This document shows, piece by piece, positions 56,644 through 64,000 of a stretch of DNA of 64,000 nt (the first letter of the stretch is position 1; each line of letters starts with the position of its first letter). A program made the translations under genes and the position numbers. The stretch covers positions 1 to 64,000 of the forward strand of contig OZ244799.1 in NCBI GenBank assembly GCA_965219955.1. Reading direction: 5' to 3'. The notes beneath the pieces were generated by a model. The model ran no database searches. It saw only the letters and a list, made by a program, of their open reading frames with translations, and had not been told where the DNA came from. The DNA comes from a bacterium. Lineage in GTDB: Bacteria > UBA8248.

Positions 56644-56997
56644 ATGCGCTCCAGCGACGTTTTTCATTACCACAGCCGCATCACCAGACCGCCGAAAGAC
56701 AAGTTCATCATCTGCGTTTGTCCCGAAGAACTCCTGTTCTTTTTCATAAACTCCAACCCGCCCATCCCGGATGGCGCGGGGGTCGAAATCACGCCGTCCG
56801 AACTTCCTTGTCTGAGCCACGTATCTTATGTCGATACGTCGATGATGATCATGGTGTATCCCGACGAACTGGATGAGACATCGGCAAGAGGCGAGATATC
56901 ATTGTCCATGCGTCAAAAGGTTGCGGCGTGCGCCCGAAGCCACGGGATTCTTCCGGAGAGATTCTTGGGGATACTGGAGAGGAATTTCCTTGCATAG
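56644..56997 (+). CDS. Hypothetical protein, putative toxin partner of Panacea (possibly PemK/MazF-like)
   Basis: Starts 3 nt after the Panacea stop; PPKDKFIICV, FFFINS, L.H.SYVD.S, RGEIS. Confidence 0.6.
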   Translation: MRSSDVFHYHSRITRPPKDKFIICVCPEELLFFFINSNPPIPDGAGVEITPSELPCLSHVSYVDTSMMIMVYPDELDETSARGEISLSMRQKVAACARSHGILPERFLGILERNFLA

Positions 56998-57162
56998 TTT
57001 TCGATCCAACCCCCGTGGGTAGGGTTGGATGTAATTCGCCCGTCCCCCCAAAATTCACGCCGCCCTGTGAATCTGATATGCTCGGGCCGTGGCGCTCGCG
57101 CAGTCTCGCTTAGCGCCCGCAGGCGATCATGCCGGCCGCTTTCCTCCCCCAAGGAGGGGACG

Positions 57163-58989
<1,827 letters not shown>

Positions 58990-59114
58990 TGTTGAAATAA
59001 TGCTGATTTCGAGATGTGGTGTATGAAACCAACCGGGGAGGGGAGTCCGTAGCGGAGAGGCCCCTGGTCTGTCCGAGGTCGTGACCTGTCCCAATGAAGT
59101 GGAACGGTTTTGAT

Positions 59115-59312
59115 CGTCATTCCGGCGAATGCCGGAATCCATTTGCCTTTCGCTTTTATGCTGTCATTTACAACTTGCTCGTCGAGAGATGGGAATGCCG
59201 CAATATGCAAGCCTCGTCTCTTTTTGGATTCCGGCTTTCGCCGGAATGACGATCAAGAGCCGCGCTCGCAAGCGGGAGAGCATTCTGTAGGGACAGGTCG
59301 CGACCTGTTCCC
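59115..59312. repeat. REP-like palindromes (CGTC doublet plus GTAG type)
   Basis: cgtcattccggcgaatgccggaatcc...ggattccggctttcgccggaatgacg; gtagggacaggtcgcgacctg. Confidence 0.75.
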
Positions 59313-59315
59313 CCC

Positions 59316-60488
59316 CTAATCCTCATCACTCAGCGTGAACGCGCCGTCGGTGGCCGGTATGTAGGTCTCGGGCAGGCCGAGTTCTTTCTTCACGATGTTC
59401 GTCCCGCGCGCCAGGGCCACCATCTTGTAGAACGCGTGGCGGCGGCTCATGCCCTCGCGCCCGAAGCCGCAGTCGGTGGAGATGCAGAGCCGCTCGGCGG
59501 GAACCGTCTCGAGCGCCTTCCGGATGAGGGCGGCCACCTCTTCTGGGCGCTCCACCTGGAGTCCCCGGTGGTTGATGACGCCGATGGCCACCTTGGGCTT
59601 GGTGATGCGCTTGCCGATTTCGCCCAGGTCCATCCCGCCCGTGCTCGCGCACTCGAAGGTGAGCACGTCCACGTCGAGTTCGTTCATGTACTCGAGCGCG
59701 GGCGCGTAGCTCTTCGAAGACTCGTAGAACCGCTGCTGGGCGGGATTGCCCCAGCAGGTGTGGCACCACAGCTCCAGCTTGTCCCTCAAGCCCGCCACGC
59801 TCCTGTTGAACGCATCCACGTAGAACTCCATCGACATCTCCGAATCCTCGGCGTGGAAATCGAAGCGGTGCACCCAGGGTTCCTCCACCTGAAAAATCTG
59901 GCAGCCCGCGTCCGCCAGGCGGTGGAATTCGGCGTGCAGGATTTCGCACAAGTCGAGGCATAGCTCGCGCCTGTCGTCATAGAACTCGTTCGAGATGATG
60001 GATTCCACGCAATCAGCGCTGATGGAGCCGAACTTGAGCGGCTTGTCCGTCATCGCCTGCGCGCAGCGCCACATCTGGGCGTATTCGAGGGGGCCTTCGC
60101 CGACTTTCGAGGTGACCTTGGGCAGCATCCTGGCTTCCAGCACCTCGAACATGATCTCCCCGGGCACGGACCCGCCCCAGGTGGCGTGGCTCCTCGACGT
60201 TTCATAGCCGGAGAAGCCGCTCAGCCTGTCGACGATGTAGCCCACCCAGTCGCGCCCGCCCACGTTGGTGTCGAAGCGCGCGTCGCCGTCGGTCACGATG
60301 TCCAGCCCCGCGCGCTCCTGATCCCGGATGACGCAGGAGACGTTGTCGAGATATTGCTCGCGGAAATCCGCGTCGATCATCGCTTCGCGGAACGTCCTGC
60401 GCCCGATGTTCTGGCGGAACCAGGCCGGCCGGGGCAGGGAGCCCGTGATGGTGGTGGGAAGTATGAGGTCACTCGTGGCGATGTACAT
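59316..60488 (-). CDS. Cobalamin-independent methionine synthase II (MetE C-terminal-like) family protein
   Basis: TTITGSLPRP, DQERAGLDIVTDG, Q.EEP, HTCWGN and STDCGFG zinc-ligand motifs. Confidence 0.88.
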   Translation of the reverse strand: MYIATSDLILPTTITGSLPRPAWFRQNIGRRTFREAMIDADFREQYLDNVSCVIRDQERAGLDIVTDGDARFDTNVGGRDWVGYIVDRLSGFSGYETSRSHATWGGSVPGEIMFEVLEARMLPKVTSKVGEGPLEYAQMWRCAQAMTDKPLKFGSISADCVESIISNEFYDDRRELCLDLCEILHAEFHRLADAGCQIFQVEEPWVHRFDFHAEDSEMSMEFYVDAFNRSVAGLRDKLELWCHTCWGNPAQQRFYESSKSYAPALEYMNELDVDVLTFECASTGGMDLGEIGKRITKPKVAIGVINHRGLQVERPEEVAALIRKALETVPAERLCISTDCGFGREGMSRRHAFYKMVALARGTNIVKKELGLPETYIPATDGAFTLSDED

Positions 60489-60570
60489 GTCGATTCCTCC
60501 GCTCGAAATGGTTTCGGCGAATCATCTTGTTCCGTTATGGCTGCCTTCTCGCTTTCGATGCCTCCCTAAC

Positions 60571-60773
60571 GGGGCTGTTCGAAAAGTCCCCTTGGGGAGG
60601 GAATCCCGATCATCGAATTGTTCACCGTAGGGACAGGCCTCCGTGCCTGTCCTGACGAAGGACAACCACGAAGGGCTGGACAGGCACGGAGGCCTGTCCC
60701 TACAAAACCATCGCGCCTGCGCCGCGTGAACCTCCATGCCGCCGACCCCGAAACGGACTTTTTCAACACCCCC
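60571..60773. mobile_element. IS1182-end MITE carrying a GTAG-REP doublet
   Basis: ggggctgttcgaaaag...ctttttcaacaccccc; REP pair at 60627-60703. Confidence 0.7.
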
Positions 60774-60790
60774 TTGCGCCGTGCGCGCCC

Positions 60791-61786
60791 CTAGAGCTTC
60801 ATGAGCTTTGCGGGCGTTTCGCGCAGGATTTTCTCCTGCGCCTCTTCCGTGAGGCCCGCTCCCTCGACGAAATCCACGACGCGCTGCTGCATCATGTCGT
60901 AGGGGTAGTCCGTGCCGCACACGACGCGGTCGGCCCCGACCTCGTCGACCATCCACTTGAGCGCCGAGGGGTTGAAAGTGATGACGTCGAAGTAGAGGTT
61001 CTTGAAGTAGTGCCGGGGCGGGTGCGGCGTGTGCACCTTGGTCTCGGGCCGCACCTCCCAGCAGTGCTGGATGCGCCCGACCGCCCAGGGCAGGTTTCCG
61101 CCCGCGTGGGCGAGAAGCAGCTGGAGGTTCGGGTAGCGCTCGAAATGGCCCGAGAGGATGAGCCTTGTGGCGGCGATGGTGGTGGACAGCGGGTTGCCGA
61201 TGCAGTTCGCCATGTAGTAGGGGAACAGCGCCTTTAAGTCCGCGAAATCGGGATGGATGAACACCAGCGCGCCGAGGCGTTCCGCCGCCGCCCAGAATTC
61301 CTCGTACTGGGGCTCGTCCAGCGCATGGGTGCCGATGCGGTCCGAGATGATGCAGCCGAGGAGCCCCTTGCCCATCGCGCGCTCGAGTTCGGCGGCCGCG
61401 GCCTCGCCCCCGTTTTGCATGGGCAGGTTGCAGAGGCCCCGGAAGTACGCGGCGTTTTCGTTGCAGAAATCGACGACGCCGTCGTTTTGGATCTGGATGA
61501 TCTCCTCGCCCGCTCGTCCGCCGATCCAGTAATAGAACGTGGGTGGCGGCGGGGAGGCCAGCGCCATGTCGAGCCTGTCCGCCTTCATGTCGCTCAGCTT
61601 GCGCTCCGCGTCGGCGAGTTGCACCGCCCAGTTCTCCTCCGTCATCTTCGCGTTGTACCGCGAGGAGACGGGCGGGAAAAACCCTTCGAAGCTGTCGGCG
61701 TGCTGGGGGCGTCTTTCGCGCTCTTTGGCGGCGAGCGCTTCCGCCGCCGGGATGTAGATGTGGTGATGCAGATCGATGTTAGGCAA
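60791..61786 (-). CDS. Amidohydrolase-2 family protein (ACMSD-like)
   Basis: IDLHHH, ND, LPMQ, ELER, VFIHP, HAGG.LP, LYFD, GTDYPY; TTG start. Confidence 0.9.
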   Translation of the reverse strand: MPNIDLHHHIYIPAAEALAAKERERRPQHADSFEGFFPPVSSRYNAKMTEENWAVQLADAERKLSDMKADRLDMALASPPPPTFYYWIGGRAGEEIIQIQNDGVVDFCNENAAYFRGLCNLPMQNGGEAAAAELERAMGKGLLGCIISDRIGTHALDEPQYEEFWAAAERLGALVFIHPDFADLKALFPYYMANCIGNPLSTTIAATRLILSGHFERYPNLQLLLAHAGGNLPWAVGRIQHCWEVRPETKVHTPHPPRHYFKNLYFDVITFNPSALKWMVDEVGADRVVCGTDYPYDMMQQRVVDFVEGAGLTEEAQEKILRETPAKLMKL

Positions 61787-62018
61787 GGGTGCTTCCCTCC
61801 GTTTGAGTGCTTTCGGGGCGTCTTCGCGCCCGCATGGTTATCGAAATGATGGTCGCCTTTTCGGAGAGAGTAGATTCTGGTGAATCCTGCGTCAATCGAG
61901 GTTCGCGCCCGCCGATTGACGCCCTCGATACGGAGTGAGAAACTTCTGCTCCGCGCTCGACGGGGCGCGACGGCGGGAGGTTTTGCGCTTCCCGGCCTTT
62001 TGGGGAGGGTCGATTCCG

Positions 62019-62354
62019 GTGAATGACGAGGACGCTCCCAGGCTGCCGCGCTCCTACGAGGGGCTCAACATCCTGCAAGCCGAATTCGCGCGCTATCAGG
62101 AAGAGGCGTTTCCGGAGCGCGAGCCGCGGTTTTTCGCCCTCGAGCTTGCGGGCGAGACGGGCGAACTCGCGAACCTGGAGAAAAAGGAGTGGAAGGGCCG
62201 CGAGGTGGAGCCTGCGGCCTATACGGACGAGGCGGCGGATGTCATGATCGCCGTCATGAACTACGCCAACGCGCGGGGGATCGATTTGGGCGAGGCCGTT
62301 TCCGAGAAGATGGCCAGGATCGAGCGCATCAGAAGGGAGCGGCCCGAGAAATAG
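62019..62354 (+). CDS. MazG-like nucleotide pyrophosphohydrolase
   Basis: LELAGETGELAN..KK, DEAADV, GIDL..AV..K; GTG62019 after GGAGG. Confidence 0.8.
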   Translation: MNDEDAPRLPRSYEGLNILQAEFARYQEEAFPEREPRFFALELAGETGELANLEKKEWKGREVEPAAYTDEAADVMIAVMNYANARGIDLGEAVSEKMARIERIRRERPEK

Positions 62355-62468
62355 GCCAGAGACCCCGCATTTTCGTTTCGGCGCTTGGGGCGGCGCCGTA
62401 AAGAGCGGAAAGAAAAATAAACCGCTGAACCAGTGTTCTGCGACGCAGAGCGGAAAGGATGAGATTCG

Positions 62469-63278
62469 ATGTCAGGCCTCCCGACGGAGCCGGCCGACCT
62501 CGCCGACGTGCAGGCGAGTTCCGATGAGCGCAACGTCAAGATAGACAAGGTGGGTGTCAAGAACATCCGCTACCCCATCGTGGTGAAGGACCGGGCGAAG
62601 GACGCCCAGCACACCATCGGCAACGTCAACATGTACGTGGATCTGCCGCACCACTTCAAGGGCACCCACATGAGCCGCTTCCTGGAAGTGCTGAACGAGC
62701 ACACCGACGCCATCGGCGTGGACAGCGTGCCCTCGCTCCTGCAGACGATTCGCGAGCGACTGGACGCGCAGACGGCGCATTTTTCCGTCACCTTTCCCTA
62801 CTTCATGCAAAAAGCGGCTCCGGTGACGGGCGCGGAGGGGCTGATGGCGCTCGAATGCGGCTTCGAGGCCTCCGCCGGCGCGGAGGACGATTTCGTCCTG
62901 AGCATCATGGTGCGCATCGCCACGCTGTGTCCGTGTTCGAAGGAGATCAGCCTGCGCGGTGCACACAACCAGCGGGGGCACGTGCGCATCAAGGTGCGCT
63001 TCGACGGCGAGTTCTGGATAGAGGAATTGGTCGAAATCGCGGAGAGCGCGGGAAGCTGCGCGCTCTATCCGATCTTAAAGCGCGAGGACGAGAAGTTCGT
63101 CACCGAAACGGCTTTCGACAACCCCCGCTTCGTGGAGGACGTGGTGCGCGAGGCGGCCCTCCTGCTCAGGAACGACAAGCGAATCCGCTGGTTCCAGGTG
63201 GAAGTCGAGAACTTCGAGTCCATCCACGACCACAACGCCTACGCCTTCATCGAGGAAGAGGTGAGCCACGAGGGGTAG
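62469..63278 (+). CDS. folE2: GTP cyclohydrolase FolE2 (type IB)
   Basis: DVQ, IDKVGVK..RYP, KGTHMSRF, TLCPCSKEIS..GAHNQR, LKREDEK.VTE..F.NP.FVED, ENFESIH.HNAYA. Confidence 0.95.
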   Translation: MSGLPTEPADLADVQASSDERNVKIDKVGVKNIRYPIVVKDRAKDAQHTIGNVNMYVDLPHHFKGTHMSRFLEVLNEHTDAIGVDSVPSLLQTIRERLDAQTAHFSVTFPYFMQKAAPVTGAEGLMALECGFEASAGAEDDFVLSIMVRIATLCPCSKEISLRGAHNQRGHVRIKVRFDGEFWIEELVEIAESAGSCALYPILKREDEKFVTETAFDNPRFVEDVVREAALLLRNDKRIRWFQVEVENFESIHDHNAYAFIEEEVSHEG

Positions 63279-63351
63279 TTCGTTTCGGACGGATTTTCGG
63301 TTCCCCCCCCGACAAGAGTACCAGGGGGTTGCCTTTTGGGGTGAGGGTTTT

Positions 63352-63890
63352 GTAGGGGCGGGCCTCCGTGCCCGCCCGTATTTGGAAGGCCGCTGGACAA
63401 CCCTGTTGGATTGTCTCTCCACGTTGTTGTTCCTCGTCAGGACAGGCACGGAGGCCTGTCCCTACGGCGCACCCTCTGCGGTCGGCTCCGACACCGGAAT
63501 GACGGAGGTGGTGTAACGCGTCCAAGGCGAGAGGGCTCGTGATTCCCAGCCTTATTAATTGTAGGGGCGGACCTGTGTGTCCGCCCAATTTTCGTATTTC
63601 GGCTCGGCGACTCGGTGTCGCAATGGGCATTCGCGGAGGGCGGACACACAGGTCCGCCCCTACAAAATCCATAGACCCCTTTCGGACAGGTACGGGGATC
63701 TCGGACAGGCTCATAGGCCTATCCGCTAAGGCCTGCTGTAGTTTTTGCTCTTCATTCCGGCTTTCGCCAGAATGACGATGATTTGCCAGTCGAAGCGGCG
63801 CAGGGACGGTTCGTGGACCCATGAGAGCCCCCTTCGATGGCTCAGGACAGGCTTTCGATATACTGCCTTCGGCGGCTACTTGGGGTGAGG
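63352..63890. repeat. Cluster of REP-like palindromes (several families)
   Basis: gtaggggcgggcctccgtgcccgccc...ggacaggcacggaggcctgtccctac; gtaggggcggacctgtgtgtccgccc...gggcggacacacaggtccgcccctac; attccggctttcgccagaatgacg. Confidence 0.8.
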
Positions 63891-64000
63891 TTGCACGCGC
63901 GACTAAGGGAGCGGCGATATTCCATACGCCGCCCCAAACTACCTCATGCAAATTTTTCACTTTTCTCGCGCCCCAAAATCGCTTATAACCACCTTTTGAT

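Noticed and set aside
63247-63960. ORFs across repeat clusters (also 42692-43354 and 19468-19987)
   Set aside because: Translations of REP palindromes (VGTGLRACP, RHSGESRN motifs), not genes

Overview
GC-rich bacterial window dominated by solute uptake and catabolism genes: three TAXI-TRAP systems, a TctABC system, a sugar-type ABC importer, DHDPS-like, acyl-CoA dehydrogenase, CoA-transferase, M24 peptidase, LLM monooxygenase, amidohydrolase and MetE-like enzymes. Housekeeping genes are pdxH, ftsH and folE2. It also holds a defence/toxin-antitoxin cluster (~43.3-49.1 kb, plus 54.3-57.0 kb), one intact IS1182-family element, and many REP-like palindromes and IS1182-end MITEs. No rRNA, tRNA or CRISPR array was recognised. 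The best candidate for an undescribed system is a DUF3800 gene flanked by two 88-bp near-identical structured units. Each unit has its own minus-strand sigma70-like promoter, a different short 5' leader and a U-tract end, and one sits directly upstream of a HEPN gene. Other notable items are a split ORF that is very probably a deiodinase-like selenoprotein (in-frame UGA plus SECIS hairpin), an RbsA-type ABC ATPase with a transmembrane insert inside its second ATPase domain, and an inverted ~350-bp duplication bracketing 27-41 kb. All family calls come from motif recognition by eye; no database search was run.
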